Positions 17,531-26,848 of a DNA stretch of 64,000 nucleotides are shown here, one piece after another. Numbering within the stretch: position 1 is the stretch's first letter; each line of letters opens with the position of its first letter. The stretch is from Escherichia coli (GTDB taxonomy: Bacteria > Pseudomonadota > Gammaproteobacteria > Enterobacterales > Enterobacteriaceae). The translations under genes were made by a program, and so were the position numbers. The notes under the pieces were generated by a model. The model ran no database searches. It was not told where the DNA came from and worked only from the letters and a program-made list of their open reading frames with translations. The stretch is taken from assembly GCF_003019035.1 (NCBI RefSeq), contig NZ_CP027447.1. The stretch is one strand, 5' to 3'.

Positions 17531-17924
17531 AGCGGTGCCTTATGTCCGTCATAACCCGGACAAACTGCACCTGTTTGTGGATAACGGTTCGCTGGTTGCC
17601 ACCGGGGCCAGCTCCATGTCATGGGAGTACCGTTACACCCTGAACGTGGTGATTGAGGATTTCAGCGGCGACCAGAATCTGTTGATGGCCCCGGTTTTGC
17701 TGTGGCTGCGGGATAACCAGCCCGATGCCATCAATAACCCGGCGTTACGGGAAAAGCTATTCACCTTTGAGGTGGATATTTTGCGCAACGATGTCTGTGA
17801 TATCAGCCTGAACCTGCAACTGACGGAGCGTGTGCTGGTCAGCACTGACGGCAGCGTGTCGAACGTTGAAGCGGTAGCGGAACCTGATGAACCTGAAGAA
17901 ATGTGGACGGTGAAACGTGGCTGA
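17472..17924 (+). CDS. tail completion protein (P2 gpR homolog)
   Basis: 150-aa ORF after the lysis genes; size and position match gpR. Confidence 0.75.
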   Translation: MRVRSETVNKPQSLRHALNKAVPYVRHNPDKLHLFVDNGSLVATGASSMSWEYRYTLNVVIEDFSGDQNLLMAPVLLWLRDNQPDAINNPALREKLFTFEVDILRNDVCDISLNLQLTERVLVSTDGSVSNVEAVAEPDEPEEMWTVKRG

Positions 17925-18375
17925 ACTGCAGAAAGTTGACGACTGGCTGAGTGCCTTGCTGGCGAATCTGGAGCCAGCCGCAAGAAGCCGCATGGTGCGT
18001 CAGCTGGCGCAGGAGCTGCGCCGGACACAGCAGCAGAATATCAGGATGCAACGCAACCCTGACGGCAGCAGTTATGAACCGCGCAAGGTCACAGCGCGCA
18101 GTAAAAAAGGCCGCATCAAACGTCAGATGTTTGCAAAGCTGCGCACCACAAAATACCTGAAAACCGCCGCCAGCGCCGACTCTGCCAACGTACAGTTTGA
18201 AGGCAAGGTGCAGCGCATTGCCCGCGTTCACCATTACGGCCTACGTGATCGCGTCAGCCGCAAAGGACCTGAGATCCGTTACGCAGAGAGAAAATTGCTT
18301 GGATTAAATGGATGTGAAAAATTAATTCGAAAAATATTCATTATGAATTTATTTTCTGGGGATTGGCTGGCATAA
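17917..18375 (+). CDS. tail completion / virion morphogenesis protein (P2 gpS homolog)
   Basis: 152-aa ORF; last gene before the AT-rich cargo; stop codon lies inside a terminator hairpin. Confidence 0.75.
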   Translation: MAELQKVDDWLSALLANLEPAARSRMVRQLAQELRRTQQQNIRMQRNPDGSSYEPRKVTARSKKGRIKRQMFAKLRTTKYLKTAASADSANVQFEGKVQRIARVHHYGLRDRVSRKGPEIRYAERKLLGLNGCEKLIRKIFIMNLFSGDWLA

Positions 18376-18397
18376 AAGCCAGCCTTTATTTTTTTAT
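18365..18397 (+). terminator. rho-independent terminator after S
   Basis: GGCTGGC-ATAAAA-GCCAGCC hairpin followed by TTTATTTTTTT. Confidence 0.55.
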
Positions 18398-19251
18398 GTG
18401 ATGGCCCCTATCTTTTGATTGTAATAACTATAATCAGCATGTTCTTCTGTATAAAAAATCTCAAATGCAGACAAGATGTTTGCGTAAAAACTATCCTTGG
18501 ATATAGAGGTTTTTTTATTGATGGATGCCAAAAAGTTTGTTATAAATCTTAATGATGCTGAGAAAAGAAAGTGCCCTTTCACCCAATGATTTATAGATGT
18601 ATTTTCTGGGAATTGAATGTTGTTTTTTTCTGCCAAACCATTAGTAGTAAACGATTCAGGTAGTCTATTGATATATTCATCTATTTTTTTCTTGCATATA
18701 TTGTATGAATTTCTTGATTGCATAAAACGATCACAGGAATCACCAATTACGGAGCATCCTAATTTATTTAAATGATTGTGAATATCTAGTATTATTAAGT
18801 TCTCAATGTTGCTATAGAAGTTAGAAAGCCAATTTCCTACATCTATTTCCTGCATTTTTTTTGTGCAAAAACGGCCTGTGTTTTTGAGTATGTGTGATAT
18901 GATTTTTTCATCAATGATTGTGTTTTCTATTGAATATCCCTTTGTGTAAATAATATTTGTATGCTTTACTATGTTGTCAGAAAAATGGTTTAGATCCGAA
19001 TCTCTGGCAACTATGGCGTTTATTTCTCCTGAGGTTATTTTTTCGATATATGGTTGTAAAGCTTCACATCCACCAACATCTTGAACTTCTACATTAAAAC
19101 GACCATTTTTTTTAAAAATTATTTCCCAAAAAGCAATGTCATCTTCACCTTCAACATAGACCATAATATCAGCATCATAAAATAAACTGATCACATTTTC
19201 CGCTTCATTAGACCAAGAAAAGTTTTCTGCATTAGAATCATTGATTAGCAT
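18394..19251 (-). CDS. Toprim/DUF4435-like protein (AriB-like), 285 aa
   Basis: Toprim-like acidic motifs VYVEGEDD (conserved Glu) and IVARDSD (DxD); overlaps the upstream ATPase gene by 14 bp; very AT-rich. Confidence 0.65.
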   Translation of the reverse strand: MLINDSNAENFSWSNEAENVISLFYDADIMVYVEGEDDIAFWEIIFKKNGRFNVEVQDVGGCEALQPYIEKITSGEINAIVARDSDLNHFSDNIVKHTNIIYTKGYSIENTIIDEKIISHILKNTGRFCTKKMQEIDVGNWLSNFYSNIENLIILDIHNHLNKLGCSVIGDSCDRFMQSRNSYNICKKKIDEYINRLPESFTTNGLAEKNNIQFPENTSINHWVKGHFLFSASLRFITNFLASINKKTSISKDSFYANILSAFEIFYTEEHADYSYYNQKIGAIT

Positions 19252-20494
19252 TGACTAATCTCTCCATATTGAAAATGGCGTTTTTATATTTAGATGCAAC
19301 TTCAGGAGAATGGGTTGCAGCAATAATTTGTGCATTAGGATTTAATTTTTTTATGGCAGGGATAATATTTCTTTGCCATTGAATATGTAAGGAAAGCTCA
19401 GGCTCATCAGTTAGGAAAATATATTGTTGCCCTCTTTGTAAGAGGGTCTCAATGAATAAAATTAGCAGTTGTTTTTCACCAGAAGATAAACTTTCTAAAA
19501 CTATTGGCCCATAGGTGTTATTTATGACTAACAATCCCGATTGAAAATGAAATTCTTTATCGGTGATAAAATTTCTTAGTATGCTTAAGAATTGTTCTAT
19601 TGGAGAAAATATTTTTGATGTTTTCTCTTTTGAAGTTAATGACATTTTGATTATTTTTTGTGTTTTTCTCAATGCTTCGATCGAACGAATATCAAAGCCT
19701 CTTTCACTTTTATTCTTTAATTCTGAAATGGTATTATTAATTGTTTCAACATGAAAGCTGATTTTTTTACGAATGTTTTGATCAATAGCATTTAACTGTG
19801 TGTATGCATTAAGGAGGTTTTGTTTTTCTTCCTCTTTGTTAAAGTTAATGTTGTAAGCAGGATTCTCCATATCTTCCTTGCTATAAAGTATTGATGCCAG
19901 AACCTCTTTTTGAAGTTCTAATGCGATATCTCTGGCTTTCTGGGATAGTTCAAGTTGATATTTTGTAAGTTCCTGTATTAATTCTGATAACTTATAGTCA
20001 ACAGGGTTGATAAAACGAGAGCCATATTTATCTTTAACTTCAAAATCATCACTATTTCTTAATCTGTAAACAGATAAAGAAGAAAGCGAGACTAGTTTTG
20101 CTAGTTCTGTTCTTAGTTCTTCTGTTTCATCATGCACTCTACGTCTATAACTAAGAGATATTCTTCTATCATCAGTGTTAAATAAACGAATTGTGTGTTT
20201 TTTAGATGAAAGCTGATATTCTATTTTGGAAAATGGAGATGTATCGCTTTCAAGTTTTTTGACTTTGATTGTTTTTGTCTTTTTTTTATCTTTAAGTTTT
20301 ATTTCGGCACTATTGAAATCAGCATTGTTAATACTGTCCAAATCAAGGGATAATATTGAGTGCAGAAGGTTCATAAAGGTTGTTTTACCCGTGCCATTTC
20401 GGCCTATAATAATGTTTACATCATCATTAAATGAGCAGGAACAGTTTAATCGCTGCCAAAAGCCATTAATTGTGACGCTTTGAATTTTATACAT
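19238..20494 (-). CDS. ABC/SMC-like ATPase (AAA_15/AAA_21-type, AriA-like), 418 aa
   Basis: Walker A GRNGTGKTT, ABC-signature-like LSSGEKQ, Walker B YIFLTDEPELSLH, H-loop IIAATHSPEV, with a charged coiled-coil-like insert between them. Confidence 0.75.
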   Translation of the reverse strand: MYKIQSVTINGFWQRLNCSCSFNDDVNIIIGRNGTGKTTFMNLLHSILSLDLDSINNADFNSAEIKLKDKKKTKTIKVKKLESDTSPFSKIEYQLSSKKHTIRLFNTDDRRISLSYRRRVHDETEELRTELAKLVSLSSLSVYRLRNSDDFEVKDKYGSRFINPVDYKLSELIQELTKYQLELSQKARDIALELQKEVLASILYSKEDMENPAYNINFNKEEEKQNLLNAYTQLNAIDQNIRKKISFHVETINNTISELKNKSERGFDIRSIEALRKTQKIIKMSLTSKEKTSKIFSPIEQFLSILRNFITDKEFHFQSGLLVINNTYGPIVLESLSSGEKQLLILFIETLLQRGQQYIFLTDEPELSLHIQWQRNIIPAIKKLNPNAQIIAATHSPEVASKYKNAIFNMERLVNANQ

Positions 20495-20541
20495 CTATGT
20501 ATCCTTTATTATTAGTTGAACTACTTAAATTTATAATCATT

Positions 20542-20559
20542 TGTGTCATTCTCAGTACA
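20542..20559. promoter_or_regulatory. candidate late-promoter activator site upstream of V (TGTGT-N9-TACA)
   Basis: TGTGTCATTCTCAGTACA; same pattern as the sites upstream of O and FI. Confidence 0.4.
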
Positions 20560-20606
20560 ATTATGCCGTTTGGAAGATATTATTTCAAATGTTTAATATA
20601 TACGGT

Positions 20607-21185
20607 ATGAACGCACAATTAACCGAAATCATGCGCCTTATCACCAATCTGATCCGCACTGGGGTAGTCACCGAAGTGGACCGGGAGAATTGGCTTTGCC
20701 GGGTGAAAACGGGCGACCTTGAAACTAACTGGATCAGTTGGCTGACGCTGCGTGCCGGGAATGCCCGCACATGGTGGCGACCATCGGAAGGTGAGCAGGT
20801 GGTGCTGCTGAGTCTTGGCGGCAATCTGGAGACTGCCTTTGCGCTGCCCGCTGTCTATTCGAATCAGTTCGCACCACCGTCGACGTCGGCGGACGCCTGC
20901 GTGACAGAACATCCTGACGGTGGCTGGTTTGAATACGAACCCGCCACCGGGCGCTGGTATGTCAAGGGCATCAAATCAATGGTCATTGAGGCCGCTGACA
21001 ACATCACCATGAAAACCAGTGAGTTTGTACTGGAGGCTGACCGCACGCGCATTAACAGCGAAGTGGTGATCAATGGTGGCGTTACCCAGGGCGGCGGAGC
21101 GATGAGTTCTAACGGGATCGTGGTTGATGTGCATCAGCATACTGGCGTCCTGAAAGGCGGCGATACAACCGGAGGCCCGGTATGA
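20607..21185 (+). CDS. baseplate spike/assembly protein (P2 gpV homolog)
   Basis: 192-aa ORF from ATG 20607 (MNAQLTEIMRL...); first gene of the V-W-J-I-H-G operon. Confidence 0.85.
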   Translation: MNAQLTEIMRLITNLIRTGVVTEVDRENWLCRVKTGDLETNWISWLTLRAGNARTWWRPSEGEQVVLLSLGGNLETAFALPAVYSNQFAPPSTSADACVTEHPDGGWFEYEPATGRWYVKGIKSMVIEAADNITMKTSEFVLEADRTRINSEVVINGGVTQGGGAMSSNGIVVDVHQHTGVLKGGDTTGGPV

Positions 21186-21541
21186 CGCTTTATAGCGGGA
21201 TGAACAATACCAGCGGCAAAGTCATTACTGATATTGACCATCTGCGCCAGTCGGTGCGGGACATTCTGCTGACACCGCAGGGTAGCCGTATTGCCCGTCG
21301 GGAATATGGTTCTCTGCTGTCGGCACTGATAGACCAGCCACAAAATCCGGCGTTACGCCTGCAGATTATGTCGGCAGTGTATGTGGCGCTGAGTCGCTGG
21401 GAGCCTCGGATGACGCTGGAATCCATCACAATCAACAGCAATTTTGACGGTTCTATGGTGGTGGAGCTGACCGGGCGGCGGAATAACGGTGTGCCTGTGT
21501 CCCTTTCCGTATCAACAGGAGCAGAGAATGGCAGTGATTGA
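21182..21541 (+). CDS. baseplate wedge protein (P2 gpW homolog)
   Basis: 119 aa; overlaps V stop; gpW size. Confidence 0.85.
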   Translation: MTLYSGMNNTSGKVITDIDHLRQSVRDILLTPQGSRIARREYGSLLSALIDQPQNPALRLQIMSAVYVALSRWEPRMTLESITINSNFDGSMVVELTGRRNNGVPVSLSVSTGAENGSD

Positions 21542-22436
21542 CCTTTCGCAGTTGCCAGCACCGCAGATTGTGGATGTGCCGGACTTTGAGACGCTGCTTG
21601 CCGAACGCAAGGCAGAATTTGTGGCGCTTCATCCGAAAGATGAGCAGGAAGCAGTGATCCGCACGCTGGAACTGGAATCTGAACCCGTCACCAAATTGTT
21701 GCAGGAGAACGCTTACCGTGAGTTGCTTCTGCGCCAGCGTATTAACGAAGCCGCGCAGGCGGTGATGGTGGCTTACGCAATGGGCGGAGATCTTGACCAG
21801 CTCGCCGCTAATTACAATGTGAAACGCCTGACGGTGACACCTGCTGATTATGACGCTGTGCCGCCCGTTGCGGCTGTGATGGAAAGCGATGAAGCGTTAC
21901 GCCTGCGTGTGCCTGCGGCTTTTGAAGGGCTTTCGGTTGCGGGGCCAACTGCAGCTTATGAATTTCATGCCCGAAGCGCCGACGGTCGGGTGGCGGATGC
22001 CAGTGCAACCAGTCCGGCACCTGCAGAGGTGGTGCTGACTGTCCTGAGCCGCGAAGGCGATGGAACAGCAGAAAAAGACCTGCTGGACGTGGTGGAAAAA
22101 GCTCTGAACAGTGAGAACGTCCGCCCGGTGGCTGACCGTCTGACGGTTCGCAGCGCAGAAATCATCCCGTACCGCGTGGAAGCTACCATTTTTCTCTATC
22201 CGGGGCCGGAAGCAGAGCCGGTAATGGCAGCGGCAAAAGCCAGTCTGCAGAAGTACATCGCCAGTCAGACGCGGCTTGGTCGGGATATTCGCCGTAGCGC
22301 CATCTTTGCCGCCCTGCATGTTGAGGGAGTGCAGCGTGTGGAGCTGGCTTCACCACTGGCGGATGTGGTCTTGAACAAAACACAGGCCGCATCATGTACG
22401 CAGTGGAGCGTAACCAACGGAGGAACGGATGAATAG
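21528..22436 (+). CDS. baseplate protein (P2 gpJ homolog)
   Basis: 302 aa from ATG 21528 (MAVIDLSQLPAP...), matching the gpJ N-terminus and length. Confidence 0.9.
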   Translation: MAVIDLSQLPAPQIVDVPDFETLLAERKAEFVALHPKDEQEAVIRTLELESEPVTKLLQENAYRELLLRQRINEAAQAVMVAYAMGGDLDQLAANYNVKRLTVTPADYDAVPPVAAVMESDEALRLRVPAAFEGLSVAGPTAAYEFHARSADGRVADASATSPAPAEVVLTVLSREGDGTAEKDLLDVVEKALNSENVRPVADRLTVRSAEIIPYRVEATIFLYPGPEAEPVMAAAKASLQKYIASQTRLGRDIRRSAIFAALHVEGVQRVELASPLADVVLNKTQAASCTQWSVTNGGTDE

Positions 22437-23034
22437 TCTGCTGCCACCGGGTTCAACTTCACTGGAGCGCCGACTGGCGCAGACCTGTAGCGGGATTTCT
22501 GATCTGCAGGTGCCGCTGCGTGACTTGTGGAATCCGGCAACCTGTCCGGTCAGTTTCCTGCCTTATCTCGCCTGGGCGTTCTCTGTGGATCGCTGGGACG
22601 AGGTCTGGACAGAAAGCGTCAAGCGCCAGGTGGTGAAGGATGCTTTTTATATTCATCAGCATAAAGGGACCACCAGTGCCGTGCGGCGGGTGGTGGAGCC
22701 GTTCGGCTTTCTGATTCGCATTATTGAGTGGTGGCAGACCGGAGAGACACCGGGCACGTTTCGTCTGGATATCGGCGTGCAGGACCAGGGCATCACTGAA
22801 GATACCTATCTGGAACTTGAGCGACTGATAAGCGATGCCAAACCATGTAGCCGTCACATGATCGGCATGTCCATCAACCTGCAGACCAGCGGCCCGCATT
22901 GGGTGGGAGTCGCCAGCTATCTTGGCGAAGAAATCACGATTTATCCGTATATCAACGAAACGATTATTTCCGGCGGCACCGCGCATGAAGGCGGGGCGGT
23001 CCATGTTATTGACACAATGAGAGTGAATCCATGA
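22429..23034 (+). CDS. baseplate/tail protein (P2 gpI homolog)
   Basis: 201-aa ORF between J and the tail fibre gene. Confidence 0.85.
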   Translation: MNSLLPPGSTSLERRLAQTCSGISDLQVPLRDLWNPATCPVSFLPYLAWAFSVDRWDEVWTESVKRQVVKDAFYIHQHKGTTSAVRRVVEPFGFLIRIIEWWQTGETPGTFRLDIGVQDQGITEDTYLELERLISDAKPCSRHMIGMSINLQTSGPHWVGVASYLGEEITIYPYINETIISGGTAHEGGAVHVIDTMRVNP

Positions 23035-24407
23035 GCACAAAATTTTATACCCTGCTGACGGATATTGGCGCGGCGAAACTTGCCAGCGCCGCCGCGCTCG
23101 GTGTGCCGCTAAAAATTACCCATATGGCGGTGGGCGATGGCGGTGGAGCATTGCCGACGCCGGACGCAAAGCAGACTGCACTGGTAAATGAGAAACGCCG
23201 GGCTGCGCTGAATATGCTCTATATCGACCCGCAGAACAGTAGCCAGATTATTGCTGAACAGGTGATCCCTGAAAACGAGGGCGGTTGGTGGATACGTGAA
23301 GTGGGCCTGTTTGATGAGTCAGGGGCATTGATTGCCGTGGGAAACTGCCCGGAAAGCTATAAGCCGCAACTGGCTGAAGGCAGCGGGCGCACCCAGACTG
23401 TGCGCATGGTGCTGATTACCAGCAGCACGGACAATATCACCCTGAAAATCGACCCTGCCGTCGTGCTGGCAACCCGCAAGTATGTGGATGATAAGGTACT
23501 GGAGCTGAAGGTGTACGTGGATGATCAGATGGCAAAACATCTTGCCGCACCGGACCCACATTCACAGTACGCACCCAAAGAAAGCCCGATATTTACCGGA
23601 ACACCCAAAGCGCCAACGCCAGCGGCTGGGAATAATACCACGCAGCTTGCGACCACCGCGTTTGTTCAGGCGGCACTGACGACACTGATTAATGGTGCGC
23701 CAGCCACGCTGGACACGCTGAAAGAAATAGCCACAGCCATTAACAATGATCCGAAATTCAGTACCACTATCAACAATGCGCTGGCACTGAAAGCGCCGTT
23801 GTCGAGTCCGGCACTCACCGGAACGCCAACAGCACCTACTGCGGCACAGTCGGTCAACAATACACAGATTGCCACCACGGCTTTTGTGAAATCGGCGATT
23901 GCGGCAATGGTGGGTTCTGCCCCTGCGGCACTGGATACACTGAACGAACTGGCGGCGGCACTGGGGAATGACCCGAATTTTGCCACGACAATGCTTAATG
24001 CGCTGTCAGGTAAACAACCGCTGGACAATACGCTGACTAATTTGAGTGGAAAGGATGTTGCTGGTCTTCTCGCATTCCTGGGTTTGAAAACCGCCGCACA
24101 ACGCGACGTTGGGACTGGCACAAATCAAATTCCTGACATGAACGCTTTTAGCTCTGGCTCTGGCTGGCAGAAATTACCTGGAGGCAGGATTCTGCAGTGG
24201 CGGGGAATAGCCAATGGCCCTGGGGATATTACAAGCCCGCTACCCATTCCATTTCCAAATCGCGCAATAGGATGGGCAATTACGTCCGATTATGTACCAG
24301 GGTCAGGCGGAGTTGGCACAATAGCGGGGACGTGTACTGCAACGAATATCATTTCACGAAATACAAATGTGAGCACTGGTGGTAGCGCTATCGTAGTGGG
24401 GGAATAG
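23031..24407 (+). CDS. tail fibre protein (P2 gpH homolog)
   Basis: 458 aa; conserved gpH-type N-terminus (MSTKFYTLLTDIGAAKLA...); repetitive Ala/Thr-rich shaft; divergent C-terminus. Confidence 0.85.
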   Translation: MSTKFYTLLTDIGAAKLASAAALGVPLKITHMAVGDGGGALPTPDAKQTALVNEKRRAALNMLYIDPQNSSQIIAEQVIPENEGGWWIREVGLFDESGALIAVGNCPESYKPQLAEGSGRTQTVRMVLITSSTDNITLKIDPAVVLATRKYVDDKVLELKVYVDDQMAKHLAAPDPHSQYAPKESPIFTGTPKAPTPAAGNNTTQLATTAFVQAALTTLINGAPATLDTLKEIATAINNDPKFSTTINNALALKAPLSSPALTGTPTAPTAAQSVNNTQIATTAFVKSAIAAMVGSAPAALDTLNELAAALGNDPNFATTMLNALSGKQPLDNTLTNLSGKDVAGLLAFLGLKTAAQRDVGTGTNQIPDMNAFSSGSGWQKLPGGRILQWRGIANGPGDITSPLPIPFPNRAIGWAITSDYVPGSGGVGTIAGTCTATNIISRNTNVSTGGSAIVVGE

Positions 24408-24409
24408 GT

Positions 24410-24832
24410 ATGAGAACGTATCGCTATGACGCAATAACAAACGCATTTTATCCGTATGAGCTACAGAATGAGTATGAACAAGCAGGGATGTGGCCGGAGT
24501 CGGGCCATGATGTGAATGAAGATATTTTTCAGCAATTCATCAACCCTCCCGCAGGTAAGGTGCGTGTTGCCGGGAATGACGGAATGCCAGCATGGGGGGA
24601 TATTCCGCCACCGGCTCATGATGAACTCGTTGCGGTAGCAGATGTGAAAAAAGCAGCACTATTGGCAGAAGCGTCAGTCGTTATCGCCCCGCTGGCTGAT
24701 GCACAGGCGGGCGGTTATATCGATGACGCTGACGTGCCGCGACTGGCAGCATGGCAGAAATATCGCTATGCACTGACGAAAGTGGATACATCAACTGCGC
24801 CGGATATCACCTGGCCGCTGCAACCAGTGTAG
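24410..24832 (+). CDS. tail fibre assembly protein (P2 gpG / Tfa homolog)
   Basis: 140-aa ORF directly after H. Confidence 0.8.
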   Translation: MRTYRYDAITNAFYPYELQNEYEQAGMWPESGHDVNEDIFQQFINPPAGKVRVAGNDGMPAWGDIPPPAHDELVAVADVKKAALLAEASVVIAPLADAQAGGYIDDADVPRLAAWQKYRYALTKVDTSTAPDITWPLQPV

Positions 24833-25016
24833 AAATCTTTAGTGTAAATCGTCAAAGATGCTGGCGACTTGATGATTGATGACGGTATCAGTGATGATAA
24901 TTTACAGGTTGTACGGGAATAATACATAACAATTTGAATGGGGTATAATAGATAAATAATACATCATCATACCCCATTTTAGCCATTATCTATTGGCAAA
25001 AATATTCTTAATACCT

Positions 25017-26054
25017 TTATATTTGCCTACCTCCTAATAAAATGTGTGAGGTGTATTTGTTGGTTTTCAATAACCTTGCTACAATTATACAGGTGGTTAC
25101 AATAAGGAAAACAAATGAAGGGGTTATGATGAGGTTATATATGAGTGGATTTTCGCATAGGTTATTAATGTTCACGTATGCCTCTATTCTGTGAAAAATA
25201 AACGACGAGATTATATAGATGGGAAAGGTGTAAGTACCGACAAAGGATGTGGCTCGTATAAATAAATTATTTTTCGTTGATAAAAATGTATAAGCATATA
25301 TAAGCGATATGCTTCCGGCGAAGCCAATGAAGTAGCGAAATATAATAATGAATGATTGATGCCAGAAATCAACATTCTCATATGTCATTTTAGATATGTA
25401 AATATAATACTCTCTATTCCATAGGAGAAGCATACCAATCCATGTTAATACGGCTAACACACCAATTTTGTGCCTATTTCTAGAGGCAAAATCTAAAATG
25501 CGATGGGCGGATATACCAGCGATAAAATAAGGGGCCATAAATTTAATTTTGTCCATATTCCAATCATCTCCATATGCAAGGGATATACTAAATATCAGTA
25601 AATAAAGCACCACAGAATATTGTTTGCTTATTGAGTGACAAATAGTATAAACAATAGATACTGCAAAGAGTGCAGAAAGGAACCAGAAGGCGTAGATGGC
25701 TCCATATCTAATATTTATTAAATTTATATCTCTTCCCACAAAAATGGATTCAGCAATGAACCATGCAATGGATGGGATTATTAACTGCATGAATTTTCTT
25801 TTGATAATTGATGATGGTTTTCTCTTGAGAGAAAAATAGAAAAGATAGCCGCTAAGCAGCATAAAAAATGGCATGTGGAAGCTGTAAATGGTAATAAATA
25901 ATGGGTTGTCAAAAAAATTGAAACTATCTTTTTTTACAAACTGAATTGAATGGCCCCACACGACAAAAATTATAGCTAATCCTTTCATTGAGTCTATAAT
26001 GGAATTTCGAGTGCTGGGTGTCTCTGTTATAATAAGATGTGGTTCGTTTTTCAT
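25017..26054 (-). CDS. acyltransferase family 3 integral membrane protein (O-antigen/LPS O-acetyltransferase-like)
   Basis: 345 aa, highly hydrophobic multi-TM; N-terminal region GLAIIFVVWGHSIQF typical of acyltransferase-3; very AT-rich; opposite strand to tail genes. Confidence 0.75.
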   Translation of the reverse strand: MKNEPHLIITETPSTRNSIIDSMKGLAIIFVVWGHSIQFVKKDSFNFFDNPLFITIYSFHMPFFMLLSGYLFYFSLKRKPSSIIKRKFMQLIIPSIAWFIAESIFVGRDINLINIRYGAIYAFWFLSALFAVSIVYTICHSISKQYSVVLYLLIFSISLAYGDDWNMDKIKFMAPYFIAGISAHRILDFASRNRHKIGVLAVLTWIGMLLLWNREYYIYISKMTYENVDFWHQSFIIIFRYFIGFAGSISLIYAYTFLSTKNNLFIRATSFVGTYTFPIYIISSFIFHRIEAYVNINNLCENPLIYNLIITPSFVFLIVTTCIIVARLLKTNKYTSHILLGGRQI

Positions 26055-26386
26055 TTAATTTGTCAACTTTAGATTGAGTGGTATAAGAATTGCAACTAAA
26101 CACTCGTGAGCTAATATTTACATATATTATCAATGATCATTAATTCAATCAATTAGGAATTGCTTTATTGTATGTAACAGATTCTCATTTTGGGGTAGAT
26201 GCTACTATTGCTGTCATCACACCATAAATTAAGTCCATTCATATTAGATATCTTGGGTCGTTCCGGGAAGTACACGGCCACTATCAGTAAATGTGTGGTA
26301 AGAGCTTCACCAGTCGAACGTTTTTGAAAATACAGAGATAATGGCTAACAGGCATCATCCCCGGTTTTTATTTAGGGGGATGCTCA

Positions 26387-26706
26387 TGCTTATTGGCTAT
26401 GTACGTGTATCAACAAATGACCAGAACACTGATTTGTAATGCAATGCGCTGAACTGCGCGGGATGTGCGCGGATTTTTGAGGATAAAATCAGTGGCACTA
26501 AGTCCGACAGGCCGGGACTGGCTGCAGCTCGCGCCAAAGGCAGAGTAGGTGGACGCCGTCCTAAGTTGACCACCGAACAGTGGGCACAGATTGGACGTTT
26601 ACTCGAGGCCGGAGAATCAAGACAGCGTATTGCACTGATTTTTGATGTAGGCGTTTCTACCATTTATCGAAAATTTCCGGCAAATAAGAGCAATGAATCT
26701 CCCTGA
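26387..26706 (+). pseudogene. DNA invertase (Hin/Gin/Pin/Cin serine recombinase) pseudogene
   Basis: N-terminus MLIGYVRVSTNDQNTDL then in-frame TAA (26438-26440) where Hin has Gln; RPGL joins directly to AAARAKGR (catalytic core of ~100 codons missing); C-terminal HTH GGRRPKLTTEQWAQIGRLL...STIYRKF is in a different frame (1-nt shift near 26640). Confidence 0.8.
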
Positions 26707-26754
26707 ATCAGCTTTATTTTGATTATCCCTGAAAGCAGACAAATACCGTCATTT

Positions 26755-26772
26755 TGTGTGAATAACGGTACA
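26755..26772. promoter_or_regulatory. candidate late-promoter activator site upstream of FI (TGTGT-N9-TACA)
   Basis: TGTGTGAATAACGGTACA, centred ~85 bp upstream of the FI start codon. Confidence 0.45.
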
Positions 26773-26848
26773 ACTGCGCTTAGCTGTTTGTCAGGCACAA
26801 TAACTTCAACATAGGGCGAAGCCTAATCCAATCAGGAGGTTCGCCACT

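Noticed and set aside
18394-19251. HNH-like tripeptide (IHNHLNKLGCSVIGDSCD) in the 285-aa protein, which would suggest a Septu PtuB-type HNH nuclease
   Set aside because: No paired CxxC zinc-binding motifs typical of HNH; the N-terminal Glu and DxD acidic motifs fit a Toprim/DUF4435 fold better. A profile search is needed.
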